DNA of 64,000 nt from an uncultured Chloroflexia bacterium (GCA_963713975.1 OY970218.1:1664001-1728000); one strand, 5' to 3'. Shown: positions 8,608 to 18,226, counted from the stretch's first letter. Numbers and translations: made by a program. Notes: a model not told the origin generated them from the sequence alone.

Positions 8608-10794
8608 ATGATAGGGTCCGAGGGATCATCCGCCGATGACAAGCAAGGTGATGCAGCGTTGAGATCGAGCCGGGACCCCCGAGCTCCGGTGATGGACGAA
8701 CGGTTGACGGCGGTCCTGAGCCGGATCTTCGGACCCGATGACGGCGCCCGCGGCCTCCCGATCCTCGACCTCTCGCCCTGGCTCCAAGCCGGTGTCGATC
8801 CGCTCGCGCAGGTGACGGCTGCGTTCATCGTGGTCGCCACCGGTACGGCCCATCCGGACCACGACCGGGCCTCGGACGTGCTGGCGAGGCCGCCGAAGGG
8901 ACCGGTCGCCAGACTCGCCGCCTTCTATCGCGTGGGGCTGGACCGGATGTCCGCCGAGCTCGAGCCCCTCACCGTCGACCACCCGGAGGCCGCCGCGCGG
9001 CTGCATGCAGCGGTCGCCGCGCTCGATGGCGCGACCAACGTCGAGGAGGCCCGGGAGGCCATCTGGACCGCGTTCTTCCCGCAGGCCGCGGGTATCCGGG
9101 GCAACGAGGAGGGACGCACCCGCGACCTGCGGGCGGCGCGGACGGTCACCGTGACCCGTCCTGCCCCGGACCCGATGACAGACCCTGCGCGTGACGTCCT
9201 GTTCACCTCTAACGTCCTGCTCACGGTCCCCGCCGGGACCACCGATATCGGGGCCCTGCCGTACCCGCAGCCAATGCGGGAGGCGATCGCGGCCGCGGCC
9301 GACGGCCCGCAGGGCTACTGGTTCGACCACCCGATCCAGCTTGGTGTGGAGCCGGCCGCCAACGAGCTGGCGTACGGGTTACGCGGCCTGGACGCGGCCG
9401 TGGATGTCGAGCCGGGGGCGGGACGTGTCACCTGCGTGCTCTCAGTGAGCGTCACGCACGATGGCCTGGGCCTGGTCGCCCGCCCGTACGTGGAGGCGGA
9501 GCTTGCGCGCGCAGGCGGGCTGCGCCACGTGGATGTCGTCGCGGTGGTGGAGGACGACGCCCGTCGGCTCGTGGACGAGGTGATCGTCCCTGCCCTTGCG
9601 CTCAGCCTGGGTGAGCCAGCCGCGCTGGCCGCCGCTCCCGGATTGCACAGCGTTCTTGGGGTGGACGGTGAGTACGGCCGCCACTACAGCTTCCTGAAGG
9701 CCATCGCCGCGCTCTGGCACGTCGCCGTCGACCCGTCCGTCCGGGCGACGTTCAAGATCGACCTGGACCAGGTCTTCCCGCAGGAGGTGCTCGTCGCGGA
9801 GACCGGCCTGACCGCGTTCGGCCATCTCGCCACCCCGTTGTGGGGTGCAGCCGGCCTCGACGCCGAGGGTCGCGACATCGAGCTCGGCATGCTCGCCGGC
9901 GCGTTGGTCAACGAGCGCGACATCCGGCGCGGCCTGTTCACGCCGGACGTGGACCTCCCAAGCCGCGACCCAAGCCTCGACGAGCATCTCGTATTCAGCA
10001 CCCTGCCGCAGGCCATCTCCACCCGCGCCGAGATGATGGAGCGCTATGACGGATCGGGTGTCGACGGGGTGGATCGGGCCCTCGAGCGGATCCACGTCAC
10101 CGGTGGCACGACCGGCATCCGGGTGGATGCCCTTCGTCGCCATCGACCGTTCAGCCCCACCTTCGTCGGCCGCGCCGAGGACCAGGCGTACGTCCTCTCG
10201 ACCCTGGGCCAACCGGGCCCACGGCTGGCCTACGCCCACGCGGCCGGCCTGATCATGCGCCATGACAAGGATGCCTTCGCCGGCGAGGCCATGGCCGCGG
10301 CCCACGTCGGCAAGCTCGTCGGCGACGACGTCCGGATCCTCACGTTCTCCGCGTACGCCGCGGCCGTGGCCGGGGATGGCCGTGCCGGCGCCCTTGACCG
10401 CGCCGCCCTCGCGCGCCTCCTGGATCCCTTCACCGGCGGGTTCGTCTCGGCCATTCCGGAGACGCTCGTGCTCCTGCGCGTGGCCCTGCGGACGCTCCGC
10501 ATGTTTGCCACCGGCGAGGCGAAGGACGCACGCGAGTACGCGATCGCCGCCGCGCGCCGTGTCGAGGAGGCGCTCCGGGAGCTGGGGGATGCCCCGGTGG
10601 TCGCCAGGCGTGTGCAGCAGGAGCGGATCGCCTGGGATCACTACTATGACGCGCTCGATGCCCTCGAGGCCGGGATCCAGGCTGGAGACGAACGTGCCCT
10701 GGAGCTGCGGGCGCGCGCCGTCGGGATCATCGACGGGTGCCGGGTCATGGGCGTGGTCCCCGAGCCGGCCTCCACGGAGGCCCGATCCGCGTGA
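8608..10794 (+). CDS. Large hypothetical protein (start may be 8689/8692)
   Basis: Long ORF with GC3-rich codon usage and motif-like blocks LFTSNVLLT, YWFDHPI, GVDGEYGRHYSFLKAI, TFKIDLDQVF, HVTGGTTG, GRAEDQAY, LIMRHDK. Confidence 0.85.
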   Translation: MIGSEGSSADDKQGDAALRSSRDPRAPVMDERLTAVLSRIFGPDDGARGLPILDLSPWLQAGVDPLAQVTAAFIVVATGTAHPDHDRASDVLARPPKGPVARLAAFYRVGLDRMSAELEPLTVDHPEAAARLHAAVAALDGATNVEEAREAIWTAFFPQAAGIRGNEEGRTRDLRAARTVTVTRPAPDPMTDPARDVLFTSNVLLTVPAGTTDIGALPYPQPMREAIAAAADGPQGYWFDHPIQLGVEPAANELAYGLRGLDAAVDVEPGAGRVTCVLSVSVTHDGLGLVARPYVEAELARAGGLRHVDVVAVVEDDARRLVDEVIVPALALSLGEPAALAAAPGLHSVLGVDGEYGRHYSFLKAIAALWHVAVDPSVRATFKIDLDQVFPQEVLVAETGLTAFGHLATPLWGAAGLDAEGRDIELGMLAGALVNERDIRRGLFTPDVDLPSRDPSLDEHLVFSTLPQAISTRAEMMERYDGSGVDGVDRALERIHVTGGTTGIRVDALRRHRPFSPTFVGRAEDQAYVLSTLGQPGPRLAYAHAAGLIMRHDKDAFAGEAMAAAHVGKLVGDDVRILTFSAYAAAVAGDGRAGALDRAALARLLDPFTGGFVSAIPETLVLLRVALRTLRMFATGEAKDAREYAIAAARRVEEALRELGDAPVVARRVQQERIAWDHYYDALDALEAGIQAGDERALELRARAVGIIDGCRVMGVVPEPASTEARSA

Positions 10795-10856
10795 TCCGCA
10801 CCGCCCGCCGAGCGCCGCGCTACGTGCCCGGCGGCTCACCCGTGCCCGACGGAGCG

Positions 10857-11984
10857 CTACTCGCTGCGGTTCCGCTTGGCCTCGATCAGGGCGGCGTCAG
10901 CGGTCGCGGTGAGCTCGTCAAGGCTCTCGTTCGCGGTGAGCGCGGCCAGCCCCGCCGTGATCCCGACCCCGGTGGCATGGCGCATGGACTGGTCGATCAC
11001 GGAAATGCGGTGCTGCACCTCGTCCGTGTCGATCGATGAGATCCCGCAGATGAACTCGTCACCACCAAACCTCACGATCGGGTCATACGACCGGAGGTTG
11101 GCGCGCATGGTCGCTGCGAGCGTCCGGAGGATCCGGTCGCCGGCCGCGTGACCCTCCCGGTCGTTGACGCCCTTGAGCCCATCGACGTCGATGAAGGCGA
11201 TGACGAATTTGCCGTCGGCGCGTCGCGCCCGCTCGATCTCGTTCCTGAGCGCAAGCCGGCCGATCTCGCGTCGGAAGACGCCGGTCAGGGCATCGAGGTG
11301 GGCACGCTGGAGCTCGGCCTCCAGGCGGGCACGTTCGAGCGCGGCGTCATCGGGGACGTCAGATCCGGTCTCCCGCCCAGGGCTGAGGCGAGCGACCGCG
11401 ATCGAATCCCGCTCCACGGCCGCCTTGTCCCTGGAGTTCGCGATCGAGTCCCGCTCTACGGCCGCCTTGTCCCTGGTGTTCGCGATCGCGTCCCGCTCCG
11501 CGGCCGCCTTCTCGCGTGCCTCGACCGCGGCGGCCCGCTCCGCGGCTGCGAGCTCCTTCGACTCCACGGCGGCGGCGCGTGCCAGCGCGGCGCTGTGCAT
11601 CGTCTCGGCGATCTCCACCCGTTCCGCGGCGGCCTTCTCCTTGGCCTCGACGATCTCGGCGCGCTCCGCGGCGGCCCGGTACATCGTCTCGGCGATCTCC
11701 GCCCGATCCGCGGCCTCGCGCTCCCGCACCTCAGCGATCTCCGCTCGCTCCGCGGCAGCGCGGTACATGGCCTCGGCGATCTCCACCCGCTCGTCGGCCT
11801 CGCGCTCCCGCGCCTCGGCATCAACTTCCATCTCCGCGCCGGGGGTCCCGGATGTGTCGACGCTGGAGGCACTCGCATCCTCCGTGACGACCTGTTCCGC
11901 CGCGGCAGGTGTGATGGCGATCGAGGCGAGGAGGGACTCCTGCAGCTCCCGCGCCTTTCGCTTCTTCATCTTGCGCAGTTTCAC
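10857..11984 (-). CDS. Diguanylate cyclase (GGDEF) with N-terminal 14-residue-repeat coiled coil
   Basis: DALTG, FIDVDGLKGVNDREGHAAGD, I-site RSYD, active-site RFGGDEF; AGGAG-like SD is absent but GTG start follows GAGG. Confidence 0.9.
   Translation of the reverse strand: MKLRKMKKRKARELQESLLASIAITPAAAEQVVTEDASASSVDTSGTPGAEMEVDAEAREREADERVEIAEAMYRAAAERAEIAEVREREAADRAEIAETMYRAAAERAEIVEAKEKAAAERVEIAETMHSAALARAAAVESKELAAAERAAAVEAREKAAAERDAIANTRDKAAVERDSIANSRDKAAVERDSIAVARLSPGRETGSDVPDDAALERARLEAELQRAHLDALTGVFRREIGRLALRNEIERARRADGKFVIAFIDVDGLKGVNDREGHAAGDRILRTLAATMRANLRSYDPIVRFGGDEFICGISSIDTDEVQHRISVIDQSMRHATGVGITAGLAALTANESLDELTATADAALIEAKRNRSE
11397..11820 (-). repeat. 42-bp (14-codon) tandem repeat array inside the GGDEF gene
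   Basis: About ten units such as AAERAEIAEVRERE, AAERVEIAETMHSA, AVERDSIANSRDKA; DNA unit CGCGATCGAGTCCCGCTCTACGGCCGCCTTGTCCCTGG.. repeats nearly exactly at the left end. Confidence 0.85.
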
Positions 11985-12224
11985 AGGAGACCTCGTTCGT
12001 CCGGAGGGCAGCCGAGCCGCGTTTGAGGTTGATGTCGCCGCGGCGCCTGAAGTACCAGGCCGCGCCGCCAGAGGTCCCGATTATCGCGTGACACGCAGGG
12101 CGATATCTGCACCAAACTGCCCCTTCTTCCGCGATTCCGGTGCGAGAACGCGCCAAGCGGGGTCGCGGTATCAGTCCTGGCGATGGCGCCCGATGGGCGT
12201 GCCGGCGGTTGATAGCCTTCAGGC

Positions 12225-13215
12225 ATGACCAAACCGACGTCACCTGCGTACGCGATCGCCGACGAGCTGCGGGACTTCCTCCTGGGCCTCCACCAGCCTG
12301 GATCTCGACGCCGGACAGGTCCACGAGATCGGGCTCGAACAGGTTGCCCGGCTCGAGGCCGAGTACCTGGCGATCGCCGCGCCGCTCCTGGGGACCACGA
12401 GCCTCGCGGGGATCTACGGGCGACTCCGTGACGACCCGGCGCTGCACTACCACGACGCCGACACGCTCGTCGCGGATGCCACCGACGCCCTCGCCCGCGC
12501 GACTGCCGCGGCTCCGGCATGGTTCGGCACGCAACCGCGGGCGACGTGCACGGCGAATCCCAGCCAGCAGGGCGGGCTCGCGTTCTACTCGCCGCCCACG
12601 CGGGAGGGCACCAAGAACGGCGAGTTCTTCTTCAACACCGCGGACCCGACGGTCTGGGGCACCTACCAGCTCCAGTCGGTGACGTTCCACGAGGGCGTTC
12701 CCGGCCACCACTTCCAGTTCGCCGTCGCCCAGGAGCTCCCCGGCCTGCACCCGATCCTGGCCGAGTACCTGGTCTTCTCGTACAACGAGGGATGGGGCCT
12801 GTACACCGAGCGCCTCGCCGACGAGATGGGCCTGTACACGACGGAGCTCGACCGGATCGGCATGCTCGCCGCCGACTCGATGCGGGCCTGCCGGCTGGTG
12901 GTGGACACGGGGATGCATGCTCTCGGCTGGACCCGCGACCAGGCCATCGCGTACTTCCTGGATCACTCGCCGATGACCCACGGGCAGGTGGTCGGCGAGG
13001 TCGACCGGTACATCGGCTGGCCCGGCCAGGCCTGCAGCTACATGCTGGGCCGGATCGCGATCGATGACATCCGGGCCAGGGCCGAGACCCGTCTCGGCGA
13101 CCGCTTCGACATCCGCGCGTTCCATGACGAGGTCCTCGCCGCCGGCTCGATCCCGCTCGAGTCGCTCCGCCGGACTATCGATGCCTGGGCTGAGGCGCTG
13201 GCGACGCGGCCCTGA
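12225..13215 (+). pseudogene. DUF885-family protein with out-of-frame internal deletion
   Basis: ATG 12225 gives MTKPTSPAYAIADELRDFLLGLH; at ~12291 the DUF885 mid-region continues in another frame (TSLDLDAGQVHEIGLEQVARL...FHEGVPGHHFQ...YNEGWGLYTE...RACRLVVDTGMH...EVDRYIGWPGQACSYMLG). The N-terminal half is missing. Confidence 0.8.
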
Positions 13216-13489
13216 TCCCGACCTGGGTCAGCCACGCTCGGAGCCGGCAGGCGATGCGGCTGTGGATCGGACCGATGGTCAGCGAGCGTTGCCTGGACGC
13301 CAACCGTGACGCTCGGCACTCCGCCACGCTACAGCGTCACGCCGCCGACTCCCACGTGACTCACGCACAGAGGTACCGGGCTCGCCGCCCGCGCCGCCCG
13401 TGATCCCGGGGCGTGCGAAGACGCGCACCCTCGGGGCGCAGCGCACTGGTCATGGCAGGTCGGGACCACGTGGGCCGTATCCTCGTTCC

Positions 13490-14551
13490 GTGGAATCTGC
13501 ACGCCTGGCGGCCGTTGGCGGCCCGAGCTCCGGACGCGCCGCACGCACTGGGCCAATCGGGATCGCACTCGGCCCGGACACCGGCCGACTGACAGCCGAG
13601 CTCGTTGAGGCGGCGATGGCGGGCGCATCGGACCTTGGGCGCGATGCGCATCTCGTCCGCCGCGGCGACGACCAGTCCGAGCTCGGTGTGCTGCTCGGCA
13701 TCGGCAACCCGAGCAGCTTCCTGCCGATCCTCGTGGCCTCGCCGGTCTGCCCAAGGGTCATCTGGTCGGGCGAGCCGATCCCCGTGCGCGGTGAGCCGCC
13801 GGCCGGGCTCGTGGGCCGCATCGCCCGTTCGCCGCGCCTGGACGATCTTCGCCATCGATTGCAGCCGATCAAGGACCTGCCGCTTCCGGGCCCGCTTGCG
13901 CGAATGAGGGCTTCGGCGACGCTCGACCACCATCGGGCACGCTACGTGCGCGAGCTCGCGACGGTTGCCAGGACCGCGGACCGCGTGGTGGTCACGAGCC
14001 GTGATCGCAGGTCCGCCCTTCTCGAGCACGGGCTGACCGCAGTGGCGGTGCCGTTCGGGTACGTGGCCGCGACCGCCGGCCCGATCACGTCGCCGGGGGA
14101 GTGCGACCGGGACCTCGCCATCGTCTCGCTGGGGGTGCACGCCCCCCGGCTCGCGGGGCGGCGGTCACTGGTGGCCCGATGGCAGGCCGATGAGCCGCGC
14201 ATCACCGTCCTCGACGGCGTCTGGGGAGAGGAGCGCGGCAGCCTCCTCCGGCGCTCCCGTGTGGTCTTGAACGTGGGTCGGACGCCCGGCAATTTTGTCG
14301 GCGTGCGACTCGTCCTGGCCCTCGCCGCGGGAGCGGTGGTGGTCTCCGAGCCCATGGCCGACCCGTTCCCGTTCGTCGCCGGCGTCCACTTCGTGGAGGC
14401 GCCGCTCGATGGGCTCCTGGATGCGGCCCGGGAGCTCCACGCGGACGAACCGCGACGCCGGCGCATTGCCGAGGCAGGCCAGGCACTCCTGGTCGGTGAG
14501 CTGTCGATGTCCCGCTGCCTGCGCGCGGCCTTGGGTCCCTGGGCCGGCTGA
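13490..14551 (+). CDS. Glycosyltransferase-like protein (GT-B, CgeB/Glyco_trans_1_2-type C-terminus)
   Basis: GVWGEERGSLLRRSRVVLNV, RLVLALAAGAVVVSEP, FVAGVHF, RRRIAEAGQ; TATCCT -10 box 6 nt before GTG 13490. Confidence 0.7.
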   Translation: MESARLAAVGGPSSGRAARTGPIGIALGPDTGRLTAELVEAAMAGASDLGRDAHLVRRGDDQSELGVLLGIGNPSSFLPILVASPVCPRVIWSGEPIPVRGEPPAGLVGRIARSPRLDDLRHRLQPIKDLPLPGPLARMRASATLDHHRARYVRELATVARTADRVVVTSRDRRSALLEHGLTAVAVPFGYVAATAGPITSPGECDRDLAIVSLGVHAPRLAGRRSLVARWQADEPRITVLDGVWGEERGSLLRRSRVVLNVGRTPGNFVGVRLVLALAAGAVVVSEPMADPFPFVAGVHFVEAPLDGLLDAARELHADEPRRRRIAEAGQALLVGELSMSRCLRAALGPWAG

Positions 14552-14553
14552 CC

Positions 14554-15666
14554 TCAGGCGGCTCCGTCGAATGCAAGGACGCCTTCGATGACCCGCTCGA
14601 CCTCGCCGTCCGTGAGGCCCGGGAAGAGCGGGATGGTGACCAGCTGTCGCCAGGCCGCCTCGGTCACCGGCAGCGCCCGTGAGTACGGGGCGTACAGCTC
14701 GTAGAGGTGCGTGGGCTTGTAGTGGACGCTCGTGGCGACTCCACGTCCGGCCATGTGATCGATGAACCTGTCGCGCTCGGGAACCCGGATGGCGTAGAGG
14801 TGCCACGCGGACCGGACATGGTCGAGCTCGACGGGGCGGGTCACCCAGTCCAGCCCGGCGAATGCATCCGAGTAGCGCCGCGCGATGGTCCGCCGCCGTT
14901 CGTTCGCCTCGGGCAGCCGCCGAAGCTGGACGAGGCCGATGGCGGCCGGGATGTCGCTGAGATGGCCCTTGAAGCCGATCTCCTCGAGGTCGTAGTCCCA
15001 GCGATAGCGGGTCCCGTCGGTTCGTTCCCACGTGCTCGCGCTCAGGCCCAGCCAGCGCGTGCGGCGCAGCCTCGCGGCGATGCCCGGGTCGGCCACGGTG
15101 ATCCCGCCGCCCTCGCCCATCGCCAGGTTCTTGACCGCGTGGAAGCTGAAGCAGGTCAGGTCGGCGATCGAACCGACCGGCTGGCCGCGGTAGGTCGCCC
15201 CGCACGCATGCGCCGCATCCTCGATCACCGTAAGGCCGTGCGCCCGGGCCAGGCCGCCGATCGTCCGGAGGTCCGCGGGATGGCCGCCGTAGTCCACCAC
15301 CATGATCGCGGCGGTGCGAGTCGTGATCAGCCGCTCGACGTCGGCCGGGTCGATGGTGAGCGTGTCGCGGTCCACGTCGGCGAAGACCGGAGTTCCGCCG
15401 GCCTGGAGGATGGCGTGGTTGGTGGACACGAACGTCAGGGCGGGCGTGATCACCTCCCGCCCCGCCAGGTCGAGGGCCGCAAGCGAGAGGAGGAGCGCCA
15501 TGCTCGCCGAGCTCGTGCCGACGCAGTGCGCCGCGCCGACCGCCTCCGCGAACCGGGCTTCGAACTCGGCGGTCTTCGGCCCGAGCCCCCACCAGCCAGA
15601 TCGGAGGACCTCGGCAACGGCGGCCTCTTCCTCTGGGCCGGCAGAGGGGCGGAACACGGGGATCAC
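14554..15666 (-). CDS. DegT/DnrJ/EryC1/StrS family PLP-dependent sugar aminotransferase
   Basis: VLRSGW, TFVST, PVFADVD, IEDAAHA, CFSFHAVKNL (PLP lysine), GEGG. Confidence 0.95.
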   Translation of the reverse strand: MIPVFRPSAGPEEEAAVAEVLRSGWWGLGPKTAEFEARFAEAVGAAHCVGTSSASMALLLSLAALDLAGREVITPALTFVSTNHAILQAGGTPVFADVDRDTLTIDPADVERLITTRTAAIMVVDYGGHPADLRTIGGLARAHGLTVIEDAAHACGATYRGQPVGSIADLTCFSFHAVKNLAMGEGGGITVADPGIAARLRRTRWLGLSASTWERTDGTRYRWDYDLEEIGFKGHLSDIPAAIGLVQLRRLPEANERRRTIARRYSDAFAGLDWVTRPVELDHVRSAWHLYAIRVPERDRFIDHMAGRGVATSVHYKPTHLYELYAPYSRALPVTEAAWRQLVTIPLFPGLTDGEVERVIEGVLAFDGAA

Positions 15667-15724
15667 TGGACGATCTTATGTCGAGGGGCCGGACGCGACC
15701 GTCGCGGCTGGTAGATTGGACCCC
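15667..15724. promoter_or_regulatory. Back-to-back leaderless promoters
   Basis: Minus strand TAAGAT (15678-15673) 6 nt before GTG 15666; plus strand TAGATT (15712-15717) 7 nt before GTG 15725; no SD on either side. Confidence 0.65.
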
Positions 15725-16366
15725 GTGCTGGTACCACGCGTGATCCTGGTCGGGGCCGCCTCGTTCGCCGAGGAGGTCTCGGACCTCGCCGCGATGGCCG
15801 GCGTCGAGGTGGCGGCCTGGGTCGAGGGGCTGGACCGGTCCGTGGTTGACGCGGCGCACGACCCGCCGATCCTGTGGGTTGACGACCAGGCGGCGTTCGA
15901 GCCTGACCTGCCGATCCTGCCCGCCATCGGTTCGGTGCTGCGCATGGGCATCGTCCGCCGGCTCGTCGGCGAGGGCCGCCGGCTCGCCACGCTGGTCCAC
16001 CCGTCCGCCGTGGTGTCGCCATCGGCCGTGATCGAGCCCGGCTGCGTCATCTTCCCGCTCGTGGTCGTCGGCGCCCGCTCCCGCATCGGCGAAGGGACGG
16101 TCGTGAACCGCGGCACGCTCGTGGGCCACCACACGGAGGTCGGCAGGTACTCCTTCCTCGGGCCGGGCGCAAACGTCGCCGGCAAGGTCACTCTCGGGGA
16201 GCAGGTGCACGTGGGCGTCGGCGCGGTCGTGCGCGACCGTCTCCACGTCGGGGACCGATCCGTCATCGGGATGGGTGCGGTGGCGGTCAAGGACGTCCCG
16301 CCCGACGTGACGGTCGTCGGCATCCCGGCGGCGCAGAAGCGGCGCTCAGGAGAGGACGGCCAGTGA
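15725..16366 (+). CDS. Sugar N/O-acyltransferase, NeuD/PglD hexapeptide-repeat family
   Basis: ILVGAASFAEEV, AIGS..R, ATLVHPSAVVS, VGHHTEVG, hexapeptide repeats, VVGIPA. Confidence 0.92.
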   Translation: MLVPRVILVGAASFAEEVSDLAAMAGVEVAAWVEGLDRSVVDAAHDPPILWVDDQAAFEPDLPILPAIGSVLRMGIVRRLVGEGRRLATLVHPSAVVSPSAVIEPGCVIFPLVVVGARSRIGEGTVVNRGTLVGHHTEVGRYSFLGPGANVAGKVTLGEQVHVGVGAVVRDRLHVGDRSVIGMGAVAVKDVPPDVTVVGIPAAQKRRSGEDGQ

Positions 16367-17229
16367 ACGACGAGCTCGTCATCAACCTCTGCCCGACCGG
16401 CATGGTGCCCACGAGAGCCGACACGCCACATGTGCCGTTGACGGCCCAGGAGGTTGCCGCCGACGTTCGCCGCTGCGCCGACGCGGGCGCCTCCATCGTC
16501 CATATCCACCCCCGGGATGCCGAGGGTCGCCCGTCGCAGGATCCCGCACTGGCGGCCGAGTTCATCCGCGCCGTCCGCGTGGCCGCCCCGGGCATCGTTG
16601 TCTGCATCACGACGAGCGGCCGCATCCGGCACGAGCTCGAAGGCCGTGTTCAGGTCCTGGACCTCGAGGGCGATGCCAGGCCGGAGATGGCGAGCCTCAC
16701 CCTCGGATCGCTGAACTTCCCGAAGGCCGCCTCGATCAACGCCCCCGAGACGATCCAGGGCCTGGCCACCCGGATGCGGGAACGGGGGATCGTGCCGGAG
16801 CTGGAGATCTTCGATGCCGGCATGCTCGACTACGCGCAGTACCTGCGGGATCGGGGCGTGCTCGGCGGCCCGGTCTACGCGAACATCCTCCTCGGTTCCC
16901 TGGGAACGCTCGCCGCGACCCCGTTCAACCTGGCCCTGCTGGTCGAGCGCCTGCCGCCGGGCTCGGTGTGGGCCGCAGCTGGCATCGGCCGGTACCAGTT
17001 CCTGATGAACCGGATCGCCATCGCGATGGGCGGCGGCGTTCGGGTCGGACTGGAGGACAACATCTGGTTCGATGACGACCGCACGGAGCTCGCGACGAAC
17101 CCCCGCCTCGTGGAACGCCTGGTCGCGATCGCGAGGGCGATGGGCCGCGAGCCGGCGACTCCCGACCAGGTGCGGGAGCGGCTGGCCATCACCGCACCCG
17201 TCGCTGCCCCCGCGGCGCGGCCGGGATGA
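16363..17229 (+). CDS. 3-keto-5-aminohexanoate cleavage enzyme family (BKACE/DUF849)
   Basis: CPTGMVPTRADTPHVP, GASIVHIHPR, SLTLGSLNF, PELEIFDAG, VRVGLEDNI; GTGA overlap with the acyltransferase stop. Confidence 0.93.
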   Translation: MNDELVINLCPTGMVPTRADTPHVPLTAQEVAADVRRCADAGASIVHIHPRDAEGRPSQDPALAAEFIRAVRVAAPGIVVCITTSGRIRHELEGRVQVLDLEGDARPEMASLTLGSLNFPKAASINAPETIQGLATRMRERGIVPELEIFDAGMLDYAQYLRDRGVLGGPVYANILLGSLGTLAATPFNLALLVERLPPGSVWAAAGIGRYQFLMNRIAIAMGGGVRVGLEDNIWFDDDRTELATNPRLVERLVAIARAMGREPATPDQVRERLAITAPVAAPAARPG

Positions 17230-17263
17230 CGCCCGCGCCGTCCGGCCCGGTACCCTGCGCGCC

Positions 17264-18226
17264 ATGACCCTGATCCACCGCCTGCTCCTGTCCATGACCC
17301 TGGTCGGCCTGCTGCTCGGGCTCCTGGCGCCCGCTGCCTCCGCAGCGTCGCCGGCCTTCCCGGTCCAGAGCCTGGGAAACCGGGGCACGGACGTGGAGGC
17401 CATCCAGTGGCTCCTCGCCGGTCGTGGATCCCCGGTTGCCGCGGACGGGGTGTTCGGCACGACGACCGCCGCTGCCGTGAAGGCCTTCCAGACCAGCGCC
17501 GGGCTCACCGCCAACGGGATCGTCGGCGACGGCACCTGGAAGGCGCTGATCCGGCCCCTTCGGACGGGCGACTCCGGCCCTGCCGTCAAGGCCCTCCAGG
17601 GAGAGCTCCGCGCCAAGCGTCGCCTCGACGTCCCCGTTGATGGGGTGTTCGGGCCGTCCACCCGTGCCGCGGTCCGCACGTTCCAGGCGCACGCGGGACG
17701 ACCGGTGACAGGCGAGGTGACCCGTTCGACATGGCGCAGGCTGATCGCGCACTTCGAACTGCCGACGTTCAACGGCAAGTCATTGTGCGACTACAGCGTC
17801 GGCAACGCGGCGGCGAACTGGGGAACGGCGTCGACCATCGGCCAGGTGGAGGCCGCTGCCCGGATCGTGGCCGCGAAGGGCTACGGTCGCGTGGTGGTCG
17901 GCGACGTGAGCCGTGAGCACGGCGGCGACATCTCCCTCCACCAGACCCACGAGGTCGGCCTGGACGTCGACCTCCGGTTGATGCGCAAGGCGGACGACCA
18001 GTGCCGCTGGGGTGTCAACTGGCGCTGGTCCACCTACGACCGAAAGGCCACCAGGGCGCTCGTGAAGGCAATCCGGGCCACGGCCCCCGGCCACGTCAAA
18101 CTGATCTACTTCAACGATCCGGTCCTGATCCGTGATGGCCTGACCCGCCCGTACCCGGGTCATGACGACCACCTCCACGTGCGCTACTGCGAGAAGAGCC
18201 ACCCGCTCGCCAAGTACGACTGCTGA
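17264..18226 (+). CDS. Secreted peptidoglycan-binding protein with MepA-like (LAS) zinc endopeptidase domain
   Basis: Signal peptide; two PG_binding_1 repeats (DGVFG..T.AAV..FQ...GL..NG); HQTHEVGLDVD and HDDHLHVR zinc motifs. Confidence 0.88.
   Translation: MTLIHRLLLSMTLVGLLLGLLAPAASAASPAFPVQSLGNRGTDVEAIQWLLAGRGSPVAADGVFGTTTAAAVKAFQTSAGLTANGIVGDGTWKALIRPLRTGDSGPAVKALQGELRAKRRLDVPVDGVFGPSTRAAVRTFQAHAGRPVTGEVTRSTWRRLIAHFELPTFNGKSLCDYSVGNAAANWGTASTIGQVEAAARIVAAKGYGRVVVGDVSREHGGDISLHQTHEVGLDVDLRLMRKADDQCRWGVNWRWSTYDRKATRALVKAIRATAPGHVKLIYFNDPVLIRDGLTRPYPGHDDHLHVRYCEKSHPLAKYDC

Noticed and set aside
11397-11820. Tandem repeats considered as a CRISPR array
   Set aside because: Units are contiguous, in frame, degenerate and have no unique spacers; no cas genes are present.
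14165-17778. Long antisense ORFs (693 aa, 700 aa) and similar shadows such as 57931-60573 and 49729-51774
   Set aside because: They overlap well-supported genes; long stop-free shadow frames are expected at this GC content.
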